Positions 1 through 12,709 of a stretch of 64,000 bases of DNA are shown here, piece after piece (position 1 is the stretch's first letter; every line of letters begins with the position of its first letter). Position numbers and translations under genes: made by a program. The notes beneath the pieces were generated by a model. That model had not been told where the DNA came from and did no database searches. It saw only the letters and a program-made list of their open reading frames with translations. Source of the DNA: Myxococcota bacterium. Lineage in GTDB: Bacteria > Myxococcota_A > UBA796 > UBA2385. The stretch lies in contig JBIJDH010000004.1 in NCBI GenBank assembly GCA_044344255.1, positions 384,001 to 448,000 of the forward strand. Direction: 5' to 3'.

Positions 1-179
1 GGCTGGTCGACGAGGGCTCCGATGACGAGCCAGACGGCGCCTGTGCCTTCCTCGTCGAGCGAAACCAGGTCCAGGAGAAGAAGGAGGGCTGCTCGACGAG
101 CGGTCGGCCGGCGGCGATCGGCGTGGGCTGGTCCCTCGGCCTCGCGGGGCTGCTGATGCGTCGGCGGCGGCGCGCCTGA
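1..179 (+). CDS. 3' end of a surface protein with MYXO-CTERM-like sorting tail (partial, 5' end outside window)
   Basis: Manual translation from position 3: ...EKKEGCSTSGRPAAIGVGWSLGLAGLLMRRRRRA*, i.e. GC motif, hydrophobic segment, poly-Arg, then TGA at 177-179. Confidence 0.8.
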   Translation, partial: LVDEGSDDEPDGACAFLVERNQVQEKKEGCSTSGRPAAIGVGWSLGLAGLLMRRRRRA

Positions 180-260
180 GCCGGCCCTCGGCTCGGAGAC
201 CGGGGAGAAATCGATAGGGGCCGCCTTGCCGCCGACCGGGGGCGTGGCTACCTCCGGCGG

Positions 261-2117
<1,857 letters not shown>

Positions 2118-2120
2118 CGG

Positions 2121-3719
2121 TCACCGTCCTCCGAACCAACCTCCTCCGCGGCCCCGCCTGCGGGACCGGACGCGGAGGGCGAGGCAGAGGGCCAGCAGCG
2201 CCGCGCCGCCGCGGGGGGCAGGGCCCAGCGCGGCGCAAGTGGCTCTGTTGTTGTTTGTTCCAGCGCGGTGATCGACGCCCGCGTCGGCCGACTCGGGGCG
2301 GCCGGTGTCCCGCTCGGCGGTGTCGAGGGTGGGGCCGCCGTCCCCGCCGCTGTCGTCCGGCTCCGAGGGAGCCTCGAGCTCGAAGCTGCGCAGCGTCGTC
2401 CAGGGGCCCACCGCGCCGCTGGCGTCCACCCCCTGCGCCCGCCATTGGTACGCCCCCGGGCCGGGCAGGGTGGGGACCCAGCGCACCTCGCCTGACTCTC
2501 CCCTGGGCAGGCCCAGGATGAGGTCGACGGCGGCGCCCGCCTCGTCGAACACCTGGAAGGAGGTGGTGACGGCGCCCCCCTCGGGGTCGAGCGCCTCCCT
2601 CACGACGAGCGTGGGCGCCTCCGTCACGATCGCCCCATCCTCGGGGGCCACGGGGGAGGGGAGGGCAGGGGGATCGTTGCGTGTGCTGAGGGTGAAGCGG
2701 CCGGTGCCGCTCCACTCGCCCTCTGCCCAAGCGTCTGAGAGGGCGGCGCGCCAGTAATAGTCCTGGTCTTCGGACAGGGGGCCGGAGAGGCTCCAGGTCG
2801 TCTCGCCGCTCGGGTCTTCCGGGACCTCGTCGGCGACGAAGAGGAGATCGGTCAGGGCTTCGTCGCCGTAGAGCTCTACGCGGAGCCAGCGCGTGTCATC
2901 GAGGGGGTTGGGCGGGCTGCCGACGACGAGATCGGGCAGCAGGGAGACGTAGGTGCCATCCTCGGGGGCGAGGAGCCGCGGGGCGCCGGGGCGATCGTCG
3001 GTGGTGGGATCGGTACGACCGAGGAATTCGGCCTCGTTGTCCCTCCCGTCGAGATCGGGGTCCTCCGACCCGTCGTCTCGGCCGGGATCGAGCCCGACGG
3101 AGGCCTCCCATAGGTCGCTCATCCGATCGCCGTCTTCGTCCAGGATCTGCACGGTGACGGTCCAGCCGAGGGAGGTGACGCCGCCGTCCCCGTCCGAGAG
3201 CGAGAGCTGGAAGGTGTTGGGCCCCGCGTCTTGCCAGCGCGGGAGCCAGGTGAGGGCGCCGGTGGTGCCGTCGAGGGTGGCGGTGGCGGGGAGGGCGCCG
3301 GCCGACCAGGTCAGGGTGTCGGAGCCCGGATCTTCGCCGGTGGGGCTGAAGGACCAGCCTTGCCCCTCGCGGGCGACGGTGGCGGGGCTGCCCAGGAGAG
3401 TGGGCACGCGGTTCTGAACGATGAGCGAGGCGGACCCGCTGTCGCAGGCGAGGTCGGCGTCGCAGACCTCCACCGTGATCGTCCAGGTGCCGTCATCGGC
3501 CCAGGTGTGGCTCGGGCCCTCGCCGCTGCCGAGCGAGCCGTCCCCGAAGTCCCAAGAGATCGTAGGCGCGTCGAGGGACGCGGAGCTCCAGGTGACGCCG
3601 AGGGTGGCCGCCGTGCCCTCGGAGACCGGGCCGGCGGGTAGGGTGAGGGCGGTCACCACCGGCGCGGCCTGGGCCGACGCAGGGAGCAGCAGCGAGAGCA
3701 GGAGGGTCGCGGGGCGCAA
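2121..3719 (-). CDS. Secreted PKD/Ig-like domain surface protein with acidic Ca-binding-type repeats and Cys-TM-polyArg tail
   Basis: Signal peptide; PKD motif WDFGDG; Ig-like repeats; DxDGD motifs (DEDGDRMSDLWE, DPDLDGRDN); tail TCAALG...LLALCLALRVRSRRR. Confidence 0.75.
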   Translation of the reverse strand: MRPATLLLSLLLPASAQAAPVVTALTLPAGPVSEGTAATLGVTWSSASLDAPTISWDFGDGSLGSGEGPSHTWADDGTWTITVEVCDADLACDSGSASLIVQNRVPTLLGSPATVAREGQGWSFSPTGEDPGSDTLTWSAGALPATATLDGTTGALTWLPRWQDAGPNTFQLSLSDGDGGVTSLGWTVTVQILDEDGDRMSDLWEASVGLDPGRDDGSEDPDLDGRDNEAEFLGRTDPTTDDRPGAPRLLAPEDGTYVSLLPDLVVGSPPNPLDDTRWLRVELYGDEALTDLLFVADEVPEDPSGETTWSLSGPLSEDQDYYWRAALSDAWAEGEWSGTGRFTLSTRNDPPALPSPVAPEDGAIVTEAPTLVVREALDPEGGAVTTSFQVFDEAGAAVDLILGLPRGESGEVRWVPTLPGPGAYQWRAQGVDASGAVGPWTTLRSFELEAPSEPDDSGGDGGPTLDTAERDTGRPESADAGVDHRAGTNNNRATCAALGPAPRGGAALLALCLALRVRSRRRGRGGGWFGGR

Positions 3720-3795
3720 GGGCGGGGCCCCCGAAGGCGCTGGAGTGGGATGGCGCGCTCTTCATGTTACCCGACGCCGACTGGCTGGAGGTAGG

Positions 3796-5580
3796 GTGGT
3801 CGCCGATCTGCACGCGTTTCTGGACCTCGCGCGGAAGGAGGGGGAGCTCGTCGAGATCGACACTCCCTGTGACCCTTACCTGGAGATCCCTGAGATTCAC
3901 CGCCGCGTGATCGCCGCGGGGGGCCCGGTGCTCCTGTTCCGGCGCCCGGTGGGGGCCGCCTACCCGGTGGTGACCAACCTCTTCGGCACAAAGAAGCGGG
4001 TGGAGATGGCCTTCGGGCGGCGCCCGCTCGACTTCGTGAAGCAGGCCGCCGCCCTGCCGATGGAGATGATGCCGCCCACCCTCTCCAAGGTTTGGGAGAA
4101 GCGGGACTTCTTCCTGCAGGCCACCAAGCTCGGCACGCGCTTCGTCCAGAAGGGTCCGATCCTCGACCTCGGTGAGGATCCGCACCTGAACGAGCTCCCC
4201 ATGCTCCAGTGCTGGAAGGAGGACGGCGGCGCCTTCGCGACCCTGCCCCTGGTCTACACCGAGCACCCCGAGCACGGCGGTCACAACCTCGGGATGTACC
4301 GAGTCCAGCGCTTCGACGACACCACCACGGGTATCCACTGGCAGATCGGCAAGGGTGGTGGCTTTCACCACGCGGTGGCCGAGCAGAAGGGCATGGCGCT
4401 GCCGATCACGATCTTCCTCGGGGGTCCGCCGGCCCTGATGCTGGCGGCGATCGCGCCCCTGCCGGAGAACGTCCCGGAGCTCATGCTCGCGAGCCTGCTC
4501 CAAGGGGAGAAGCTCAAGATGGTGCGGGACGACTCCTGCATGCACCCGCTCATCGCCAACGCCGAATTCGCGCTGCACGGCGTCGTGCCGGTCGGAGTGC
4601 GGCGCCCGGAGGGGCCCTTCGGCGACCATTACGGCTACTACTCGCTCAAGCACCCCTACCCGGAGGTGCAGGTGACGCGGCTCTACCGGCGGGCGGAGGC
4701 CATCTGGCCGGCCACCGTGGTGGGCAAGCCCCGCCAGGAGGACTTCTACATCGGGGACTACCTCCAGGAGCTGCTCTCGCCGCTCTTCCCGGTGGTCATG
4801 CCCGGGGTGCGAGACCTCTGGAGCTACGGCGAGACGGGCTTCCACTCACTGGCGGCCGCCGTCGTCCGAGATCGGTTCGGCCGTGAGGCGATGCAGCACG
4901 CCTTCCGCATCCTCGGGGAGGGGCAGCTCGCGCTCACCAAATTCCTGCTGGTGGTCGATCAGCCGCAAGACCTCCGCGACGTCAAGGGCCTGCTCCGCTT
5001 CCTGCTCGCTCGCTTCCGCCCGGAGACCGACCTCTACATCGTCGCCAACCTCTCGCTCGACACCCTCGACTACACGGGCCCGGCCGTCAACGAGGGCTCC
5101 CGCGGCGTGATGCTCGGGGTGGGAGAGGCGGTGCGGGAGCTGCCCGGCGCCTTTCAGGGCAAGCTCCCGGGCGCCTTCCGCGAGGCGGCGGTCTTCTGCC
5201 CCGGCTGCCTCGTCGTCGACGGGCCCAGCTACAGCGCCGAGCCCGACGCCGCGGCCCGCCTCGTCGGCATGGACGAGCGTTGGCCCTTGATCGTGCTCGT
5301 CGATGACGCGCGCCGGACGGTCGCCAGCGACACCCGCTTCTTGTGGACGGTCTTCACCCGCTTTGAGCCGGCGGCCGACATCCGCAGTCGCACGCGCGTC
5401 GCCCGGAACCACGTCGTCCACGAGGGGTCGATCATCATCGACGCGAGGATGAAGCCCGGCTATCCCGAGGAGCTCTTCTGCGACGAGGCCACCGCTCGCA
5501 CGGTGGACGAACGATGGAAGACCTACTTCCCCGCGGGGAAGGTCGAGATGGGCGACGGAGACTGGAAGGCCCCCGAGTAG
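3796..5580 (+). CDS. UbiD-family (prFMN-dependent) decarboxylase, probably MqnL type (futalosine menaquinone pathway)
   Basis: UbiD motifs NLGMYR and PEGPFGDHYGYY; GTG start at 3796 with GGAGG SD (the ORF-track start at 3421 overlaps the divergent gene). Confidence 0.88.
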   Translation: MVADLHAFLDLARKEGELVEIDTPCDPYLEIPEIHRRVIAAGGPVLLFRRPVGAAYPVVTNLFGTKKRVEMAFGRRPLDFVKQAAALPMEMMPPTLSKVWEKRDFFLQATKLGTRFVQKGPILDLGEDPHLNELPMLQCWKEDGGAFATLPLVYTEHPEHGGHNLGMYRVQRFDDTTTGIHWQIGKGGGFHHAVAEQKGMALPITIFLGGPPALMLAAIAPLPENVPELMLASLLQGEKLKMVRDDSCMHPLIANAEFALHGVVPVGVRRPEGPFGDHYGYYSLKHPYPEVQVTRLYRRAEAIWPATVVGKPRQEDFYIGDYLQELLSPLFPVVMPGVRDLWSYGETGFHSLAAAVVRDRFGREAMQHAFRILGEGQLALTKFLLVVDQPQDLRDVKGLLRFLLARFRPETDLYIVANLSLDTLDYTGPAVNEGSRGVMLGVGEAVRELPGAFQGKLPGAFREAAVFCPGCLVVDGPSYSAEPDAAARLVGMDERWPLIVLVDDARRTVASDTRFLWTVFTRFEPAADIRSRTRVARNHVVHEGSIIIDARMKPGYPEELFCDEATARTVDERWKTYFPAGKVEMGDGDWKAPE

Positions 5581-5634
5581 CAGCGCCGAGGGGGCCCTGC
5601 ACGATGGCCCGCGAGGAGAGGGCCACTGGCGCGC

Positions 5635-6174
5635 TCAGCGTAAGCCGAGCAGGCCCTTCTTCAGGTCTTCGGTGGGCGGGTGCGAGCCAAGGTAGATCGA
5701 CCACAGGGCCTTCATGAAGTCTGCGCCGGGGATGGTCGCCTTCACCTTGCCGCGCACGGTCACGGTGGTGCCCTTGCCCGGCACATACTCGAAGGCGACG
5801 GTGTCGCCGGAGTGGACGACCTCCATCGTCGCTTCGAGCTGATCGAAGCGGGCCCGGAGCGCCGAGACATCGCCCATCTTGGACAGGGCCTCGTTGAAGG
5901 CCTCGTTCTGTTGTTCGACCGTGACCGTGTTGTAGATGAAGTGCATCTCCAGACGCTTGGCGACATCGTCGCCGGCGGCCTTGGTGGCCGAGGTGGTCTT
6001 GGCGGGGAGGTAGAGCGCCCCCACGTAGATGTCGATCACCACCTTCTCACGGAGGCCGAGGCCGTTGAGGACGAGCGGGGTGCCCCCGACCGTCACGGCG
6101 TCGGGGACGCTCACGCCGACGAGCTCGGCGGCGCCTGCCACTCGGAGGAGGAGGCCGAGCACGAGGAGGCTCAT
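5635..6174 (-). CDS. Chalcone-isomerase-like family secreted protein
   Basis: Signal peptide; LVLNGLGLREK..IDIYVGALYL; C-terminal FMKALWSIYLGSHPP..LKKGLLG. Confidence 0.85.
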   Translation of the reverse strand: MSLLVLGLLLRVAGAAELVGVSVPDAVTVGGTPLVLNGLGLREKVVIDIYVGALYLPAKTTSATKAAGDDVAKRLEMHFIYNTVTVEQQNEAFNEALSKMGDVSALRARFDQLEATMEVVHSGDTVAFEYVPGKGTTVTVRGKVKATIPGADFMKALWSIYLGSHPPTEDLKKGLLGLR

Positions 6175-7289
6175 CCGGACCTCCGCCGGAGGGTCGCGAG
6201 GCCGAGCAGGCCGACCAGTCCGAAGAGGCCCGCCGCGCCGCGCGCGGGGGCCCCGCTGCTGGTGCAGCCGCAGCCCTTGTCACCGCCGCCGCCCGCGGCC
6301 TCCGTGACCGTGAAGGCGCCCGGGAGCAGCGCCGTGGTGCCGTTCGCGAGCACCACCTCCACGTCGTGCACCCCCGCGGGGAGCGTGGTGGGGGTGCGGC
6401 CGGAGAGGGTCTCCTCGTTCACGAGGGTCTGCCCGACGATCGGGATGCCGCCGATGCGGGCCTCTGCCCCCTCCGTGAAACCGCTGCCGAGCACGATCAC
6501 GTCGATGGCCTCGCCGAGCGCGACCTCGCCGGGCACGACCGAGAGCAGCGTGAAGTCCGCCGCGGCGCCGTCGGTGCCGTCGGTGCCGTCGGTGCCGTCG
6601 GTCCCGCCAGAGTCCGCGGTCCCGTCAGTGCCGTCGGTGCCGTCGGTGCCGTCGGTGCCGTCGGTGCCGTCGGTGCCGTCGGTCCCATCGCCGCCGTCCG
6701 TGCCGCCCTCGGTGCCGTCACAGCCCTCGTCGGCGACCGCGTCCCCCGTGATGCAGAGGCGCATGATCCAGTCGCCCGACAGGCCGAGCAGCTGCGACTT
6801 GTACCAGGCGCCCGAGTAGATCCAGCTCTGGTTCGGGTAGTTCATGCCGCCGGTGTCCCGGGCGATCCCGGGGTAGCCGTCGTGGGCCTCGAAGCAGACG
6901 CTGACCCCGACGTTGCCGCTCTCGATCTGGGCCAGGCCGAGCTCGAGCGTGGAGATGGTGAGGTCATTGTAGGCGTCGTTCGCGCCCGTGATCGCCACCC
7001 CCTCCCCGTTGATGTAGGTGGCCGTGCTCATCTCGGTGCCGCTGAGCGCGTAGAAGTTGACGGTGAACAGCTCTTGCGCGCTGTTGCCGCCCACCATCAT
7101 CCGAAGGCTCGAGAGCTCGAAGGGGTACTCGTCCCCGTTCGGAATGTAGACGGACGCCCAGCACTCGCCGGCGACGAAGCCTCCTTGGAAGCCGGCCATC
7201 TCGCCGTCGTCGAAGTCATCGTTGACGAGCCAACGAGAGCCCGCATGAGCGGGGGCGCTCCAGAGGAGCAGGGTCATGAGGTGCAGCAT
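6171..7289 (-). CDS. Surface protein with IPT/TIG domain, (GTD)n linker and MYXO-CTERM tail
   Basis: ATG at 7289 with GGAGGA SD; signal peptide; TIG-like LSVVP..VLGSGF..TPTTLPAGVHDVEV; tail KGCGCTSSG...LLGLATLRRRSG. Confidence 0.8.
   Translation of the reverse strand: MLHLMTLLLWSAPAHAGSRWLVNDDFDDGEMAGFQGGFVAGECWASVYIPNGDEYPFELSSLRMMVGGNSAQELFTVNFYALSGTEMSTATYINGEGVAITGANDAYNDLTISTLELGLAQIESGNVGVSVCFEAHDGYPGIARDTGGMNYPNQSWIYSGAWYKSQLLGLSGDWIMRLCITGDAVADEGCDGTEGGTDGGDGTDGTDGTDGTDGTDGTDGTDGTADSGGTDGTDGTDGTDGAAADFTLLSVVPGEVALGEAIDVIVLGSGFTEGAEARIGGIPIVGQTLVNEETLSGRTPTTLPAGVHDVEVVLANGTTALLPGAFTVTEAAGGGGDKGCGCTSSGAPARGAAGLFGLVGLLGLATLRRRSG
6567..6720. repeat. 9-bp coding tandem repeat (GCCGTCGGT)n encoding a Gly-Thr-Asp linker
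   Basis: Directly visible array of about a dozen near-identical units in two blocks. Confidence 0.9.
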
Positions 7290-7334
7290 CGAATCCTCCA
7301 TCCGGGGGGAGGATAGCCGATCGCCGGACGCCCT

Positions 7335-8705
7335 TCAGCGCCTCCGGCGTTGACCCCACCGCGCCATGGCCAGGAGCATCAGCAGCGACGCGCCGAACGG
7401 GCGGGAATCGGCGGTAGACCTTGCGGTGCAGCCACAGCCCTTGGCCCCGCCTCCCGCCGAGACTCCTCCGTCTCCGCCCGGCTCGGCGCTGTCCTCAACC
7501 GGGGCGCTGCTGTCGAGGTGACCGCTGTCGGGGTGACCGCTGTCTTCGGGCTCGGGCGCCCCGACCACGCAGAGGCGCTCCTCCTCGGTGGGGACGTCGT
7601 AGAGGAAGCGGCGCGGCTCGTCGCAGTGGTAGTCGGCGGGGCAGTCCTCATCGACCGTGCAGGCCGTGGAGCAGTAGCCGGCCGTCGCGTCGGCGTTGGT
7701 GAAGATGCAGTATTCAGGGCAATTGAAGGAGGTGCGCGAGCAGGCGGCGCCGAGCTCGTCGCGGATCTCGGCGCAGATCGGCATGCCATCGATCTCCACG
7801 CAGTCCCGCTCCCGGTCGGGGTGGATGCCCTCGCAGTCCTCGGCGGTCTCGCAGTCGGCGATCCCGCTCGGGTAGTTCTCGCAGAGGCCGCGGCGGTCAT
7901 CGCCGGAGACCGAGGCCTGCCAGTCGCCCCCGATGTAGCCAAAGAACATGGTGGAGGCGACGAGGAGATACTCGTGGTCCATGCCGGTGGCGTGGCCGAG
8001 CTCGTGGGTGAGCACGCTCGGGGCGTTCAGGGCCGGCGTGGTGGCGTACATATCTCCGGGGCCGGTGATCCAGGCCCAGTCGGCCCCGTTGAGCAGGATG
8101 TCGGCCCCGGCGGGGGTGACGGTCTCGCCGTCGATCTCAAAGCGGGTGGCGGTGAACCCGAGGGTGTCGGTGCCCCACTCCCAGAGCTCGTCCTCCCAGG
8201 CGATGACGTTCAGGCCGTCGTCATCGTCGCGGGCATCGGTGACCCCCGCGTACTCCATGCCGAAGGCCGAGCATTGGATGTCGGTCCACTGGGAGAGTCC
8301 GGCGATGACGACAGCCTCGCTGTCCATGAGGCCGAGATCGGCGCTGCCGGCGGAATTCATATAGAAGACCATGGGAATGCGGTCTTCTTCGTAGTGGACG
8401 CCGTTCAGGTTCCAGGGCGGCGGGGCGGGGGCGAGCGGAGAGAGGCCGGCGCCGAGGCCGCGGGGCACGGGGCCCGCGGCGGCGTCCAGATCGAGCTCCA
8501 CCTGCCAGGTGTCACCGACCCGAAAGACCGGCAGCCCGCGGACCGCCGCGGGAGGGCCGCCGTTGGCGCCGGGCACCACGAACTCGATCCGCTCCCCGGC
8601 CTCGGTCTCCATCTCCACCCGCGTGCGAGGGAAACTGCCGTCGGCCGGGGCTTCGACGCTGACGTGGAGCAGGATTCCGCTGATCAGGAGGGGAGCGGAG
8701 CTCAT
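7335..8705 (-). CDS. Matrixin-like (metzincin) zinc metalloprotease with Cys-rich domain and MYXO-CTERM tail
   Basis: HELGHATGMDH (HExxHxxGxxH), Met-turn STMF, Cys-rich region, tail KGCGCTARS...LLMLLAMARWGQRRRR. Confidence 0.85.
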   Translation of the reverse strand: MSSAPLLISGILLHVSVEAPADGSFPRTRVEMETEAGERIEFVVPGANGGPPAAVRGLPVFRVGDTWQVELDLDAAAGPVPRGLGAGLSPLAPAPPPWNLNGVHYEEDRIPMVFYMNSAGSADLGLMDSEAVVIAGLSQWTDIQCSAFGMEYAGVTDARDDDDGLNVIAWEDELWEWGTDTLGFTATRFEIDGETVTPAGADILLNGADWAWITGPGDMYATTPALNAPSVLTHELGHATGMDHEYLLVASTMFFGYIGGDWQASVSGDDRRGLCENYPSGIADCETAEDCEGIHPDRERDCVEIDGMPICAEIRDELGAACSRTSFNCPEYCIFTNADATAGYCSTACTVDEDCPADYHCDEPRRFLYDVPTEEERLCVVGAPEPEDSGHPDSGHLDSSAPVEDSAEPGGDGGVSAGGGAKGCGCTARSTADSRPFGASLLMLLAMARWGQRRRR

Positions 8706-8738
8706 GGCGAGCGCCTCCGCGGCCTCGAGGGGCCGCGC

Positions 8739-9281
8739 TCAAGGGGTGGGAGGGCTCGCCTTACCGCCGGGCAGCGGCGGCGCGGGCATCGAGACCGGGC
8801 GCGGACCGGAGGGGAGGGGAGCGCCGCCGGGGGTACCCGTGGCGGGGCCACCGGGAGGCGGTAGGCCGGCCTCGGCGCCGTCCGCCGGCGCAGGGAGCGG
8901 GAGGGCGGCGACCGCCTTGTCGATGTTGTCGCTCAGCTTGCGGATCTCGGTGGCGATCGCGCCGGCCTCCCCGCGCCGGCTGAGGTGGCCGACGAGGCGG
9001 CCGTATGCGTACTCGAGCGCCAGCGTGCCGTCGGGATCATGCGCCCGCAGCCGATCATCGATGGGGGCGAAGTGCTCGGACCAGGATCGGAGCGCCTCCT
9101 CGCGTGCCTCCTCCCGCTGATCGGCGGCCCAGAGCTTCTGCGCCTGGGTCAGATCGGCTCGGATCTGCGAGGCGTGCACCGTGGCGTCGACCTCGATCGC
9201 GGCCGGCGCGGCGCTCTGCGACGCGGGCTCAGGCCTGCAGCCGAGGCCGAGGAGCAAGAGGAGGGCTCGAACATCTGTCAT
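8739..9281 (-). CDS. Lipoprotein with helical domain resembling the periplasmic domain of FTR1-type iron permeases; Pro-rich tail
   Basis: Lipobox LGLGC; helical segment AQKLWAADQREEAREEALRSWSEHFAPID..LRAHDP..LALEYAYGRL. Confidence 0.55.
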   Translation of the reverse strand: MTDVRALLLLLGLGCRPEPASQSAAPAAIEVDATVHASQIRADLTQAQKLWAADQREEAREEALRSWSEHFAPIDDRLRAHDPDGTLALEYAYGRLVGHLSRRGEAGAIATEIRKLSDNIDKAVAALPLPAPADGAEAGLPPPGGPATGTPGGAPLPSGPRPVSMPAPPLPGGKASPPTP

Positions 9282-9369
9282 GGGTGTGCTCTAGCCGATC
9301 CACACGCGGGCCGGGACCCCTTGACCGGCCCGGATTGTGCATAGAGTCTCCGGTAAGAGGTACACCACC

Positions 9370-12012
<2,643 letters not shown>

Positions 12013-12052
12013 GATGGTCGGGGGGATGGTCGGGGGGATGGTCGGTGGGATG
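12013..12052 (+). repeat. 12-bp tandem repeat GATGGTCGGGGG x3 giving stacked in-frame ATGs (MVGG)3M
   Basis: Seen directly after the clpB stop; ATGs at 12014, 12026, 12038, 12050. Confidence 0.85.
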
Positions 12053-12697
12053 CTCGCGCTGCTCTTGCCCTTCCTCGACAGCGCGGCGGCTGCCGATCCG
12101 CTCCAGGAGGGGCGGGTGGGCGAGCTCCGTGAGGTCCTGCGCCAGCGAGGCCTGCCCAAGGGCGCGGTGATGGAGGTGATGCGCCTCGCGGTCCCCGGCG
12201 CGGAGGAGCCGGCCTGGAGCCCCGACTGGGGGGCCCTGGTGGCCGGCGCCCAGGCCACCGACGCCCTCGCGGTGAAGGGCGGCATGCGGGTCTTGCAGGT
12301 GGGAGACTTGCCCTCCTGGCAGGACGACGTGCTGATCGGCCTCTCCGCGGATGTCTACCTGCTGAGCGCCGGACCGCCCTCGGTCGCCGAGTCGCTCACC
12401 TGCATGGCGACCGGGGGGCAGCGCATCTGCCTGCTCACCGGGCCGCTGGAGGCGGGCTGGGCCGCTGAGGCTCCCTTCGACCGCATCCTCGTCACCGAGA
12501 CGCTGCCGCGTGTCCCCACGGAGCTCAAGCGCCAGATGGCGGTCGGCGGTCGCCTGATCGTGCCGATCGGGGAGCCCGAGGCGCCGATCTTCACCTTGGT
12601 CACCCACCCGAGCGCCCAGACCTGGCATGAGTCGGTGCTGTTCCAGCGGCTGCCGATCGTCCAGGTGCCGGTCGCGGTGCCCGTGAAGGGGCGCTGA
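12014..12697 (+). CDS. Protein-L-isoaspartate O-methyltransferase (Pcm)-like protein with degenerate SAM-binding motif and possible signal peptide
   Basis: Pcm C-terminal signature GWAAEAPFDRILVT...GGRLIVPIG retained; motif I reads VLQVGDLPSWQ instead of VLEIGTGSGY. Confidence 0.65.
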   Translation: MVGGMVGGMVGGMLALLLPFLDSAAAADPLQEGRVGELREVLRQRGLPKGAVMEVMRLAVPGAEEPAWSPDWGALVAGAQATDALAVKGGMRVLQVGDLPSWQDDVLIGLSADVYLLSAGPPSVAESLTCMATGGQRICLLTGPLEAGWAAEAPFDRILVTETLPRVPTELKRQMAVGGRLIVPIGEPEAPIFTLVTHPSAQTWHESVLFQRLPIVQVPVAVPVKGR

Positions 12698-12709
12698 TCC
12701 AAGCCGCGC

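Noticed and set aside
6567..6720. Tandem repeats here and at 21641, 46305, 54013 and 54331 as possible CRISPR arrays
   Set aside because: Units are 6-18 bp, in frame within CDSs, without unique spacers; no cas genes
9319..9348. Possible heat-shock promoter or CIRCE upstream of clpB
   Set aside because: CTTGAC is present but there is no CCCCAT-type -10 at a convincing spacing and no TTAGCACTC-N9-GAGTGCTAA repeat
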